A stretch of DNA of 63,896 bases, filler included, from Salisapilia sapeloensis CBS 127946 (lineage: Eukaryota; Protista; Oomycota), in the NCBI GenBank assembly GCA_023334545.1. It is 10 parts of 10 records of this genome, joined end to end, with 100 filler letters (N's around TTAATTAATTAA, not from the genome) between each part and the next. Parts side by side here need not be neighbours in the genome. Positions count along the whole stretch, not along the records: positions 1 to 3,748 come from JAADVB010000727.1; positions 3,849 to 6,338 come from JAADVB010000893.1; positions 6,439 to 9,947 come from JAADVB010000745.1; positions 10,048 to 11,251 come from JAADVB010001254.1; 6 more parts are not named here. One strand, written 5' to 3'. A program made the position numbers and the translations under genes. This document shows positions 1 to 11,251 of the stretch, piece after piece (position 1 is the stretch's first letter; each line of letters opens with the position of its first letter). The notes under the pieces were generated by a model. That model was given only the letters and a program-made list of their open reading frames with translations. It had not been told where the DNA came from and made no database searches.

Positions 1-277
1 CAAACTTCAAACGAGCTTTTTAACCCCGATCCAACTTTTGAAGCTGGCGCTACATTCTTCAGAAGTCCGCGTGTGCGATCGCGAGGCTTCTTCAAAAAGC
101 CGCCGAGAGAGAACTTATCTGTATGACATTTGCCCCTGTCCGAGGAATCCAATTTCCATGCGACGGTCTTCATTTGCGCAGAACACCTTTTATCTATTGC
201 ATCAACAAGAGTTTCCTTGCTACAAGAGTTCCCTAGTTTTCTTTTATGTCTTGCCTTCTATCTCTGCCACCTTGCTG

Positions 278-2544
278 CTACTCTGGCGTCCGTGGCGACC
301 TCTTGGTCTTCCGCCCACTCGAACGACCTCCGTCCTCGTGGTGCTCGCGCATGGCTATCTGGTACAAGAGCAGCAGCGTGGAGCTCCGGACCCCCGAGAC
401 ACGACTGGCAGCCGCGATGGTCTCCGGCTGCGCCTCCTCCAGCTTCTCTCGCTCCTCCTTGGACACCATCTCCAGCTTCTGGTAATCCATCCCTCGAGGA
501 ATCGTGACGTACTGCTTCTTCTTCAGCACGTCGATCTCGTGCCGCTGCATGCGCAGCTGACGCTCGTACGTGCACTCGACCTTGAGGCTGCTGGCGACCA
601 CCGGGTCCTCCAGCGTCCGCGCCAGCTCCGTCTCGCCCTCGGCCGCCCAGATCTCCCGCATCTTGTCCGTCGACACGGTCGAGAACGCCAAAATGTCCCG
701 ACCGGACCTCGCCACACCGTCCAGACCCACCTGAACACCGTGTTTCTTCCAAAAGTGCGGGTCTCTCTTGTACTCTGACAGTGCCTCCTCCGCTCTCTCG
801 ACCTGCCTCTCCTTTTCCTCCAGAGCCTCCAGCCGCTCTGCACTCATCAGCACCATGCCCGCCTCCAGCGCCTTGCGCGTCAGTCTCCTGTCGGCATTGT
901 CCTGCCGCAGCAGCAGCCGGAACTCGCTTCGAGACGTGAACATCCGATACGGCTCCTTGGTCCCGAGCGTCGTAAGGTCGTCCACCAAGACGCCAATGAA
1001 CGCGTCGCTCCGGTCCAGCTCCAACGGACGTCGACCGAGGCTCTGGAGACCGGCATTGAGGCCAGCCAGGATGCCTTGCGCCCCGGCCTCCTCGTACCCC
1101 GTCGTCCCGTTGATCTGTCCCGCCAAAAAGAGACCTCTGATGCGCTTCGTCTCCAGCGTCCGTGAGAGAGACCGAGGGTCCACGTAGTCGTACTCGACGG
1201 CGTACCCCGGCCGGACCATCTCCACCTGCTCCAGCCCCTTGATCGTCCGCAGCAACTCCAGCTGCTTGTCCGGCGGAAGAGCCGTGCTAATCCCGTTTGG
1301 GTACACAATGTCCGAGTCGATTCCCTCCGGCTCGAGCCAGATCTGGTGCCGGTCTCGGTCCGCGAACTTGACCACCTTGGAGTCGATGGACGGGCAGTAC
1401 CGAGGTCCGACGCCTTCGCCCTCTCCTCCAATGTACGACGGCAGCAGGTGCATGTTGTCTCGAACGAGCTGATGGGACTTCTCGTTCGTGAACGTCGCGT
1501 AGCAGCAGATGCTGTCGTTAACAGGGAACGAGCGGCCGGCCGACAGACTCGACACCTTCTCGTTCAAGTAGGAGAACGGCTGCGGCGCGGCGTCCGTCGG
1601 CTGCTCCTCCAGGTCGGAAAAGTCCACCGAGCTCAGCTGGAGCCGCGGCGGCGTTCCGGTCTTTAGCCGTCCCAACGGAAACTCGAACCTCTCAAGCGTC
1701 TCCGCCAGACCTGTCGACGGCTTCTCGATCCCGTCCGAGTCTCTCGTGTGTCTCCCGGCGGGGATGCGAATGTCCGGACCCTGATAGATCATGCCTCGGA
1801 GGAACGTCCCGGTCGTCAGCACCACCTGACTGCACCCGATCGTCTCTCCGTCGCTCGTGATCACGCCCGTCACCCGGCCGCCTTCCTTCGTATCCGTACG
1901 AGACCCGAGCGCCAGGTCCTCCACGCCGCACTCGACCAGAGACAGGTTCGGGATCTCTCCGAGCACACGCACCATCTCCTGCTGGTACAGGTCTCTATCC
2001 ATCTGCGCTCTCGGGCCTCTCACGGCTGGCCCTTTGCTCCGGTTCAGCATTCGGAACTGGATGCCTGCACAGCGTCAGTCGGCTTTAGAGCAGTAAAGGG
2101 AGAATCTGGGTACCTGCTGCGTCGGCCACGCGACCCATGAGTCCGTCCATGGCGTCAATCTCCCGCACGAGCGTGCCTTTGCCCACGCCGCCGATGGAAG
2201 GCTGCATCCAGCTCGTCAGTCTCCATGCCTATCAACTCGATCATTTACAAGCAGCTTACGTTGCAGGACATTTCGCCAATGGTCGACAGCTTCTGTGTCA
2301 CCAGCGCAGTCTTCGCTCCTGTATGCACGCGTACGATTAGCAAGAGAAGGCAATGGGCATGGCGTGGCAAGCATCAGAGCTCCGCGACTCGAGACATACC
2401 GGTTCTCGCAGCGGCTGCGGCGGCCTCGCACCCGGCGTGCCCTCCGCCGACCACCACCACGTCGTAGTGGCTGCATCTAGTAGAAAAGCACCGCGCGACG
2501 GTCCGGGGCAAGAGCTGTCGACGCCGGCCAAGCACTCGCTGCAT
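278..2544 (-). CDS. MTO1: Mitochondrial tRNA U34 modification enzyme MTO1/MnmG (GidA), 4 exons
   Basis: Spliced N-terminus MQRVLGRRR...[23 protein letters not shown]|[19 protein letters not shown]|[20 protein letters not shown]...|[15 protein letters not shown], with three short GT-AG introns between ~2399 and ~2070. Core motifs [23 protein letters not shown] and [13 protein letters not shown]. Arg-rich N-terminus resembles a mitochondrial presequence. Confidence 0.95.
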
Positions 2545-2680
2545 CCTGCGTCCTGTCCGAGGCTTTTGACTGGCCAAAATCCGTCCGTCCCGCTGATTTG
2601 GCCCCTCTTGCGCCCGTCTTGCGCCGCCACTTTTTCAGACCAGATCTGATTACTACCGTGACATCCAATTATCGAATGTC

Positions 2681-3748
2681 ATGCGCGAGGCCATCGCGAC
2701 CGTCGACGGCGTCTCTTCCCTCGCGCTGCAGGCGCTGGGCGTGCTCTACGGGGTGCTAGCGGCGTCCAGCGCGGCGCGGCTCTGCAGACACCTGCACATT
2801 GACAAGACGGCCATCCGGCTCTTCCTCTTGCTGGCCGGCGGCACCTCGCTGCGCTTTGTCACCTCTGTCTCAGCCTTGACGTGGCTCTTGGTGCTCCAGT
2901 ACGCCGACCTAGGTGGCCTTGGCGATGTCTCTCAACTGGACGCAATGGTCGTCTACATCTTCCAGCTCGTGGGCGCCACCTCCAACCTCGTCCTCACCGC
3001 CGCCTTCCTCGTGGTCTTCAATACCTGGGCGACGGTCGTCGAAGAGATGGCCACGGCTGAGCGCACGCACTACCACATGAACGGCGTCCGAGCCTATGGC
3101 ACCGAGTCTCGGATCGGCAACTTTAGCTTCATCCGGTCGGCGAACGAGCCGCAGGACGTCGAGTCGCTAGACGAGAGTCTGCACTTGCTCGCTCGCTCCT
3201 CGTCTCGCGTGCCCGTCCGAGTGCTCTTCGTCCGCACGGTGCTCCTGATCTACGCCACGCACATCGGTCTCTTTATATACCTGGAGCATCGGAAAGACGA
3301 CGGCAGCGTGGTGCCTCCGACGCTCTTCCTCGTCCTCTCTCTACTGCTCACGGCGTGCGAGGTGCTGTGTCTCATCCTGCTCGTCATCTACGGCGCCCGC
3401 ATGCGCGCTCTCCTGGGTCGGCTGGCCGAGGACACGGACAAGCGGCAGCGCAACATCCACCGCATCGCCACAGTCGGCGCGCTCTTCTGTCTCTCTAGAC
3501 TGGTGGCGCTCATGGCCGCCGTCTCAGCCCTCACATCGCTCCCGATCCCACGCGACACCACGGCGGATTCTCTGGACACGCTCCCACCAGAAGACCCTGT
3601 CTTCAAGAGCGCCTTCTCGCTCGAGGAGTGGAGCTTCCTCGACGTCGTTGGCATCCAGACCGTCACCTTTGCATTTGAGTGGACGCTCCTCTTCAGCCTC
3701 CTACGCGTCCTGCCCACCGCACCCAAGACGCACGAACGCCGATTTTAA
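2681..3748 (+). CDS. Multi-pass (about 7 TM) membrane protein, THH1/TOM1/TOM3-like
   Basis: 355-aa ORF with about 7 hydrophobic helices. Motifs FLVVFNTWATVV, LLVIYGARMRALL and IATVGALFCLSRL resemble the TOM1/TOM3 family as recalled. The stop codon is the last 3 nt of the contig. Confidence 0.6.
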   Translation: MREAIATVDGVSSLALQALGVLYGVLAASSAARLCRHLHIDKTAIRLFLLLAGGTSLRFVTSVSALTWLLVLQYADLGGLGDVSQLDAMVVYIFQLVGATSNLVLTAAFLVVFNTWATVVEEMATAERTHYHMNGVRAYGTESRIGNFSFIRSANEPQDVESLDESLHLLARSSSRVPVRVLFVRTVLLIYATHIGLFIYLEHRKDDGSVVPPTLFLVLSLLLTACEVLCLILLVIYGARMRALLGRLAEDTDKRQRNIHRIATVGALFCLSRLVALMAAVSALTSLPIPRDTTADSLDTLPPEDPVFKSAFSLEEWSFLDVVGIQTVTFAFEWTLLFSLLRVLPTAPKTHERRF

Positions 3749-3848
3749 NNNNNNNNNNNNNNNNNNNNNNNNNNNNNNNNNNNNNNNNNNNNTTAATTAA
3801 TTAANNNNNNNNNNNNNNNNNNNNNNNNNNNNNNNNNNNNNNNNNNNN
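3749..3848. other. Artificial contig linker (N44-TTAATTAATTAA-N44). Identical linkers at 6339-6438, 9948-10047, 11252-11351, 13406-13505, 33285-33384, 50527-50626, 53903-54002 and 62470-62569
   Basis: Nine identical 100-nt spacers with a central TTAATTAATTAA, which gives stops in all six frames. Genes are truncated at several of them and do not resume afterwards. Confidence 0.98.
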
Positions 3849-5735
3849 AAAGAGTACTACCCGCTTCTGTCCTACCCTGTTCACAGAAAGCTGTCGATCG
3901 TGTCTCCACCGGAGTCCGTGAGAGAGATGAACTTGACGGAAGGCACTGTCGAAGGAGACGCCTGTACGACGGACGAGACTGCCGTGCCTCCCTTCCTGGC
4001 CTATACTTCGAGTGGGAACGTCACTGGGTCCGTCATCTACGCCAATTACGGCCGGCCGGAGGACTTCCAGTGGCTGTTGGACCACAATGTATCTTTGGAA
4101 GGTAACATCGCTCTCATCCGTTACGGAGGGAACTTTAGAGGTCTTAAGATCATGGGAGCAGAGACCCACGGCATGGCTGGCGCTCTCATCTACTCAGACC
4201 CAAAGGACGATGGCTACCTCGTCGGTGATGTCTACCCTGAAGGTCCGTGGAGACCAGAGGACTCTTTCCAAAGAGGCTCGGCGCAGTACTTGTCGATTGC
4301 TGGCGGCGACCCACTGACACCAGGCTTCCCCTCCACGATCGACGCTCCCTACCTCACTATCGAAGAGGCCAATTCCATCCCTCACATCCCTGCGCTGCCT
4401 CTGTCCTACGGTCAGGCGAAGCACCTATTGGCTTCCATGGCAGGCACCAAGGCTCCTGAGAGCTGGCAGGGAGGACTCGTCTTTGACGATGGCTACAGCG
4501 TTGGAGACGACCTCAAGACCCAAGTGAACTTGGATGTGGAAATGGACAACCACATTGGACCTATCTGGGACGTCATCGGCACCATCGAAGGCAGTGAAGA
4601 GCCGGACGAGGTGGTTCTCATAGGTAACCACCGTGATGCATGGGTCTGTGGCGCAGTGGATCCCAACTCTGGCTCGGCGGTTATGCTGGAGCTAGCTCGT
4701 CTGTTTGGAAAGATGCAGAAGAGTGGATGGAGGCCTCGTCGGACGCTCAAACTGGCGTCGTGGGACGGAGAAGAGTACGGACTCTTGGGCTCCACCGAGT
4801 ATGCCGAAGACCATGCAGAGGAGCTGAAGAAGAATGCCGTTGCTTACTTGAACGTGGATGCGTTCGTTGGGCACGTCCCTATGGCCCAAGGCAGTCCGTC
4901 GATGGCGGGAATGCTGCTGGATGCTGCGAAGAGCACTCCTGCCAACAAGCTATACGATGAGACTTCTGCTACGCTGTACGAACAGTGGAAGAAGTTTGCG
5001 ACGGAGGTTGAGAAGAAGACTGGAGACTACATTCCAGGCTCGCTTGCCCCTGATCACCTCATCACTCTCCTTGGGTCTGGAACCGACTACACGGGCTTCT
5101 TCTCCCACCTCGGTGTCATCTCCGCCAACCTCGTCTTTGGATTTGAGAATGGTCTGACGTACGGAACGTACCACAGTACGATGGACAGCATCAAGTACAT
5201 GGAGACCGTCGGTGCTCCTGGATACGTCAGTCATGTCGCCATGACGCAGTGGTGGGGACTCTTGGCGCTGCGCATGTCCGACTCGAGCATCCTCCCACTG
5301 GACTTTTCTACTTACGCTCCAGTGATGAAGCAGTTCTTGCCTAAATTCGAGATGAGGGCGGTGGAAAGCGGCAAGAGCGTGGACTTCTCCAGACTCTGGG
5401 AGGCCGTCGCGAGGTTCGAGGCCAACGCTCAGCTGATGCAAAAGAGAGTTGAAGCATTCGCTGTCCACTCGACCGAGCAAGACGCAAGTGAACGCAAGTT
5501 CTGGAACCAGAAGCTGGTGCACTTGGAGAGACAGCTCATCCTCGAGAAGGGTCTTCCTCACAGATCGTGGTTCAAGCATGTAATCTTTGGCCCTGGCTAC
5601 TATGAAGGATACGCTGGTTCTGCGTTCCCAGGTATCGATGACGCTCTTGCCTTTGACGACGACGATGAAGCCATCCAAGCGCACGTGGATGACGTCGCCA
5701 CCGTCGTGGGAAACGCTGCCTTGTACCTCATTTAA
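3849..5735 (+). CDS. Glutamate carboxypeptidase II-like peptidase (M28; PA and TfR-dimer domains), 5'-truncated
   Basis: Open from the contig start (KEYYPLLSYP...). Motifs IYANYGRPEDF, LIGNHRDAW, AVDPNSGSA, SWDGEEYGLLGSTE, LGSGTDY, YHSTMD and GLPHRSWFKHVIFGP. Confidence 0.93.
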   Translation, partial: KEYYPLLSYPVHRKLSIVSPPESVREMNLTEGTVEGDACTTDETAVPPFLAYTSSGNVTGSVIYANYGRPEDFQWLLDHNVSLEGNIALIRYGGNFRGLKIMGAETHGMAGALIYSDPKDDGYLVGDVYPEGPWRPEDSFQRGSAQYLSIAGGDPLTPGFPSTIDAPYLTIEEANSIPHIPALPLSYGQAKHLLASMAGTKAPESWQGGLVFDDGYSVGDDLKTQVNLDVEMDNHIGPIWDVIGTIEGSEEPDEVVLIGNHRDAWVCGAVDPNSGSAVMLELARLFGKMQKSGWRPRRTLKLASWDGEEYGLLGSTEYAEDHAEELKKNAVAYLNVDAFVGHVPMAQGSPSMAGMLLDAAKSTPANKLYDETSATLYEQWKKFATEVEKKTGDYIPGSLAPDHLITLLGSGTDYTGFFSHLGVISANLVFGFENGLTYGTYHSTMDSIKYMETVGAPGYVSHVAMTQWWGLLALRMSDSSILPLDFSTYAPVMKQFLPKFEMRAVESGKSVDFSRLWEAVARFEANAQLMQKRVEAFAVHSTEQDASERKFWNQKLVHLERQLILEKGLPHRSWFKHVIFGPGYYEGYAGSAFPGIDDALAFDDDDEAIQAHVDDVATVVGNAALYLI

Positions 5736-6438
5736 CTTTGGTCTGACGGTGGCTTTCATTGATCTTTCGGATGGCGTTGGACCGTGCCTAGAGCAGATAA
5801 TTTTGCAATACATCACAGTTCTGAAACGCGTCATAAACGGATACGTTAGAGAGAGTGAAAGTTTGCAGACCATGCAAAAGCTATCAATAGTATGTGCGCA
5901 CGATTATCTTCATCGGCCTGCAGAATTACCCGACCATTCAGATGATCAACGTCCGACATTTCTATATCAGCTACCACCGGAGGTAGCTGATATTGGATTA
6001 TAGGATAAAGAATTATTTGAATCGGTCGATCAAAACATCAGTACTTGAGACATGAACTTATAAGACGATTTTTGACACCTTGGATACCCCATAATAGCTC
6101 GATAGCTTCGAATGAAAATAGTAGTCTTTAATCATCATCCACATATATCAAGGACATTTTCATAAAGCGTAGATGTATAAAACCATTATCGTCGAATGCG
6201 AAGACATCGCTATCCTCCGACTCATCGTCTCCTAAAGAATGTGTGCGACCTGATATTCATCCTGAAATGATTGCATAATCAAACGGACTGCGAAGCGACG
6301 TAAAACGTACGAAGTGGGTTCATTTGAGACGATCCTTGNNNNNNNNNNNNNNNNNNNNNNNNNNNNNNNNNNNNNNNNNNNNTTAATTAATTAANNNNNN
6401 NNNNNNNNNNNNNNNNNNNNNNNNNNNNNNNNNNNNNN

Positions 6439-6579
6439 AGGGATTCAACCAGACAATCCTGGACGCTGTGTGGGAGCACGAGAAGGCTCAGTCGGAAGCG
6501 TCCCATCGAGGTTCGAGGTAGTCGATAGTGTCGAATATCAAGTGAAGGGATGAAAAGACTTGGAGGTTGTAGATAAAAA
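6439..6579. repeat. Left copy of an exact 141-bp inverted repeat at the contig end
   Basis: agggattcaaccagacaatcc...ggttgtagataaaaa is the exact reverse complement of 9807-9947. Confidence 0.95.
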
Positions 6580-6914
6580 ATAGAGGAGTCAATTTTGATA
6601 TCGAAGTTTTTGTCGTCGTATAGAGGTGCTTGTGAGGCTTGCTCGTGCTAGGTTACGTTTACATATAATGCTTTGGCTTTGTTTAATTTAACTAGATAGG
6701 CAAGAAGTAGCGACCGTGCATGGAGTGGGATGCGATCGTGTATGCCTCCACTTTGAATATGAATTGGTATATAGACTTGGAGGAATAACAAAACCAATAA
6801 GTATTTGTTGGTAGACTTTATGCCCATGAAGCTTTCTAATGTGCTATTAGAAACTAGCGGCATACACACTTTGCAAAGCAAATGGAATACAGAAACGATC
6901 AGCACCTCCAGTAC

Positions 6915-8006
6915 CTAGTTACGACGGGCCTTGGCACCACACTTAACAGGTGCTTCGAAGTCTCCACTGGAAGCAGATTCTTCGTTCATTACGGCGGGCT
7001 CCTCCTCCGCTTCGTCATCTGTCGTGGAAGCTTCCATTGCTGGGGCCTCATAGTCACCCTCATCACCAGTACCAGAAGTGTTCGTCTCCTGGTCCCCAGA
7101 GTACATATTGTCCCCCTCTTCTTGATTTGCCGATGATGTCGAGTTCATTGAAGCTCCAGTCTCCTCAGCAGGTACCTCAATGTCGTCGGTAGCTTCCGCA
7201 GCTGTGTTCGTGGCAGCAGAAATGTCGTCGCTAAGTCCAACAATGAAAACACTTTCATCAAGAGTATAGTTGCACAACCCATCCTTAGGGCCTTCACCGA
7301 CCTCTTCAGGCTCTCCGTCTTCAGTACCTCTGCTCCAGCCACAGATAACGACATCTTCGTCATCTGACTTCACGTAGACATTGTCAAATGTGACAACGTC
7401 ACCATAGTTTTCGTTGACAGTAGCCACGGACACTTGCGGCTCCACGGCAAGTACGTTTGAGATTTCCCAGCTGCGCTTCTTTTCGCCGCAAGTTCCGCAC
7501 GAGCGTGCAAGTTTACCAAAGTTCTCGACGTAGAAACCGTCGATAGTAACTAATCCTTCGCCGTTAAACTGCACCACCTTATCTTCAGCGTTACGCGCGC
7601 CACCTCCAGTGATGCTGGAAATGCTGGTTGACTCACCATTCTTGATAGTCCAAGCATCTTCGCAAACAGCATCCCACCAAACATTTTCGAGTTTGCAATC
7701 ATGGTCATTGCAATGGACACCCTCCGACTGACGGTCACCGATAATGACGTTCTTCAGGGTACCACCAGCTTCGACCTTGAACATGGCGTCGCGCCACGTG
7801 CCTTCTGCCTGGCCATTGCATTCGAGATCTGAACGTTGGTACGTCTGCATCTTACCATCAAAGGTTTCACCAGCACCAACAATAATGACACCTTCGTTCT
7901 CAACGGTGCCCATACTTTCGGGCCATGATCCGTCAGGAAGCGGGGCACCGCTGACAGCAATAGCAGTGGCAACGAGTGCAGCGATGGAAGCAGAAACTGA
8001 TTTCAT
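6915..8006 (-). CDS. Secreted pectate lyase (PL3) with an acidic Ser/Thr-rich tail
   Basis: Signal peptide MKSVSASIAALVATAIAVSG. PL3 motifs FDGKMQTY, GGTLKNVIIG, GVHC, WWDAVCEDA, GGGARNAEDKVVQ and FGKLARSCGTC. The tail ends KCGAKARRN. Confidence 0.95.
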   Translation of the reverse strand: MKSVSASIAALVATAIAVSGAPLPDGSWPESMGTVENEGVIIVGAGETFDGKMQTYQRSDLECNGQAEGTWRDAMFKVEAGGTLKNVIIGDRQSEGVHCNDHDCKLENVWWDAVCEDAWTIKNGESTSISSITGGGARNAEDKVVQFNGEGLVTIDGFYVENFGKLARSCGTCGEKKRSWEISNVLAVEPQVSVATVNENYGDVVTFDNVYVKSDDEDVVICGWSRGTEDGEPEEVGEGPKDGLCNYTLDESVFIVGLSDDISAATNTAAEATDDIEVPAEETGASMNSTSSANQEEGDNMYSGDQETNTSGTGDEGDYEAPAMEASTTDDEAEEEPAVMNEESASSGDFEAPVKCGAKARRN

Positions 8007-8046
8007 TTTGGAAACTTGAAAAATTTTCTTCAAGCCAGGAATTGAA

Positions 8047-8065
8047 TGCAAATTTGGAAGTGAGC
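8047..8065 (-). promoter_or_regulatory. Oomycete INR+FPR core promoter of the pectate lyase
   Basis: Minus strand reads GCTCACTTCCAAATTTGCA, 41-59 nt upstream of the ATG. It matches the oomycete GCTCATTY-nnn-AWTTTNC initiator/FPR consensus. Confidence 0.8.
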
Positions 8066-9806
8066 CCTTCGTTGCGTCCGTTTGAACCTGTTGGTCAAGC
8101 GACGACAGCAAAGGAAAGTAAAGGATCATACAATCATCTGCCTGCATTCCAGCTGGAGCTGAAGAACGCTTGGTTGTCGAAACGTATATCTACATTGGCA
8201 CATACTCTCGATTGAAATTTGCTTGTAGAAACTGGTGGAAGATTTCCAAGAAGCGGATATTCATTGATATAGTATATAACATAAGTCAATATATGAGAGT
8301 GTTAGCTACATTTGCCAAGATTGAGGTTACCCTGTATGTTGCAGCTTTATCTTCCGCGTTGCAAATGATCTATGTGCGGAAGATTTGATTGCATCCCTAG
8401 CTTCATGACTCGATGGCGTGCGCATTCTGATAGACAATTTGCTAACAAATCGATTTGCTCTATATTGCATGAAACGGATGAATATTTTCCTTCCGGCATT
8501 ACATAAACACATTGCCTCAGTCAGGCTTTAACGCTAGACAATGATCTAACATTGAACTTATGCAGAGGAGTGTTGAAGGGCTTCGATGCACAAAATACAC
8601 GTATTATGTCGTCCTTCAGAGCACAAATTTTCTGTCGATATTTGATGCCATCTTTAATCATTCTTTAATCTATCGTCCTTTTGCATCGTCTTGTGAGGTT
8701 ACTGCACAGTGCGTACTTCAACATCACTTCCTTATAAAGAACGATTTGCCCAAGAGAATTATCGCTTTAATTCCATAACGAATAAGTATAAGTGGAAGCA
8801 ATGCAAAATGAGGAGTGCTCTCATGCTAAACACGTCTTTAATTGCTTTGTAGTTTATTTTGTATTCGAAAAGCTACTTTCTTAGAGATTCGGGCCATGTT
8901 CGCGAAGCGGACAATCAGGTATTATTCAAGAAATACTAGGCATTATGTGAACGAAGAACCAAAACTGTAACAGAAATCAATGCCCAAGTTTTTGGCTGGA
9001 GTAGCGTTGGGCGTATCGTGTTTGATCGCCGAAGTTCTCCAGGTTGAAGTTGCATTCGATGTACTTGAGCTATTGAGCTCTTCGCCATTTCAGTGGGACG
9101 GAGTACAGTGAGAGTTGTAAAGGTCGCTCAATTATTCCGTTCATCATTGTACTATGCCTGTTCTGATATAACAGCGCAAGTAAATCGAAGAGCTCACCAA
9201 GTCTTTCGCGCGTTTTTCAAATTTGCACATTTCGAGCACCACGCGTGACTTGAAGTATTCTCGAAGTTCGTTTCCTCCTGATTGCATCAAAGGCGAACGA
9301 CGAATTGCTTTTATATTCCAATTTTGATGGAAAATTTAAATTGAAGTGTTACGTTGGGTTTCCGATGATAAGTGGCAAAGCAAAATCTGCAATTCTCAAC
9401 GACCGCAGTTTGCCAATTCGATTACCATGCATTGAATTACAAAATATGAATTCCTAGTTCTGCCGAATCGGTATTTAGCACGAACACGGTCTCAATGCTT
9501 TTCTGGCATCGCTTTTTATCATTTATAAGAAACGCAAGTAAGTAGAATTGAATAAAGCAAGAATGGACGGATGTGCATTTTCTCACGGCATCCACAACCA
9601 ACTCGGTTGGTATAAGATTTTACTTTCCACTCGCCATAAAGATGACCAAGATTCCATATAGAAATATACTTATCTATACGCGTGGCTATACAATTTTCAG
9701 AACAGCACTCTCCAACGCCTACTTACACCACAACCCACTCGTCGAATTACCGTTCTTGTCCTGGATATCACTTCCATGAAATCTTTCTCAGCATTTGCTG
9801 CACTAC

Positions 9807-9947
9807 TTTTTATCTACAACCTCCAAGTCTTTTCATCCCTTCACTTGATATTCGACACTATCGACTACCTCGAACCTCGATGGGACGCTTCCGACTGAGC
9901 CTTCTCGTGCTCCCACACAGCGTCCAGGATTGTCTGGTTGAATCCCT
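9807..9947. repeat. Right copy of the exact 141-bp inverted repeat
   Basis: Exact reverse complement of 6439-6579; runs to the last base of the contig. Confidence 0.95.
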
Positions 9948-10743
9948 NNNNNNNNNNNNNNNNNNNNNNNNNNNNNNNNNNNNNNNNNNNNTTAATTAAT
10001 TAANNNNNNNNNNNNNNNNNNNNNNNNNNNNNNNNNNNNNNNNNNNNATTGTAATCCTCTCGGACCTTTCGGCTACCTTTCCAGTCTGAACTCACATCTA
10101 CCCGTTTGATCCTTGTACAAAAATGTTTTCCCGATTTACCATCGCACCAGCAACCGAAGAACAACAATCCGCGCTCGACGTGCAAGACCTCCGAGGAGTC
10201 TAGGTCTTCCTGGAAGTCACTTCTTCGCCAACATGCACCGGTCAACCGGAGGGTGAACGCAAGTCGACTGAAATGTCTTGCATTTAACAAAACTGGCAAG
10301 GCAACCTGAAGGAGTTGGCATACGAAGGCAGCTGACAATTGACGTTTCAACGACCGAAATGAACCGACGGACAACGCCAAAATAAATTCCAAGTGTAGTT
10401 TATATTATCATGCAGTGCCTCTCTTCAAAGTTGTGGCTGTATGGCAGCATCTTGTCTTAGACTTAATCATATGAATAGATTTATGATTCATAGCTTTAAG
10501 CCGTTTGATCCTGTGATTTTAAAATTACAATTCAATATTGCAGGGATTCAAACAGGCCCTAACTAAGAAACATGGTTAAGTTTGATTAAACGATTAGATT
10601 ATTAAAGTATTGCTAGTCGCAAGGCTATGTCTGACTAAAACCTCGGCGGAGATAGATATACATTAAGTTTGTCGTATATTGTGTTACGTCTACCCACAAG
10701 TAGCGAACTCGAGTTTGGCAGAGGTGGATCGACTTGGCTTTGT

Positions 10744-11251
10744 TTACATATGATGCTTGTGCGTCGAGTCCACTGGGCGGTGTTCCGTCGTCTCTACGCC
10801 ATGCTTGTGGTGCCCAGGCATCACCTTGGCCTTAATTTTCTCCCCTATCGTTGGTTTCGTGTGGACAGGTTCATGCATTGGCTCCCCGTGGTAACCAGGC
10901 GTAGCTTTCGCCTTCGCTCTCTCGCCCATCGTCGGCTCAGCGTGGTGGTACTCGTGAGTAGGCTCCGCATGGTGTCCCGGAGTGACCTTAGCCTTGATCT
11001 TTTCACCCATTGTCGGCTTCGTGTAAGGTTCACGCATCGGCTCTTCGTGGTGTCCGCGCGTGACCTTGTGCTCGACCGGCTCCTTCATTGTCGGTTCCGC
11101 GTGGTGGTACTCATGGCCAGCCTCCATGCGATGTCCTGGCGTCACCTTGTCCTTGATCTTCTCGCCCATCGTAGGCTTCGTGTGGACAGGCTCGTGCATT
11201 GGTTCACCGTGGTGTCCAGGAGTGGCGTGATGTCCAGGAGTGGCCTTGTGC
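10744..11251 (-). CDS. His-rich hydrophilic repeat protein, dehydrin/LEA-like, 5'-truncated
   Basis: Open from the contig end to the stop at 10744. Motifs MGEKIKDKVTPGH, MGEKIKAKVTPGH, MGERAKAKATPGY and IGEKIKAKVMPGH lie in ~53-aa higher-order repeats. No Cys or Trp in the visible part. Confidence 0.7.

Noticed and set aside
38-2670. Many overlapping plus-strand and alternative-frame ORFs over MTO1
   Set aside because: Shadow ORFs caused by high GC and few stops; none has recognisable motifs. The same applies to the antisense ORFs over GCPII, the pectate lyase, Nup58, RIO1, PSMD13 and the S10 peptidase.
3793-3804. TTAATTAATTAA palindromic motif recurring nine times
   Set aside because: It always sits in the centre of a 100-nt N block, so it is an assembly linker that stops all frames. 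ORFs starting or ending in it (…LIN) are artefacts.
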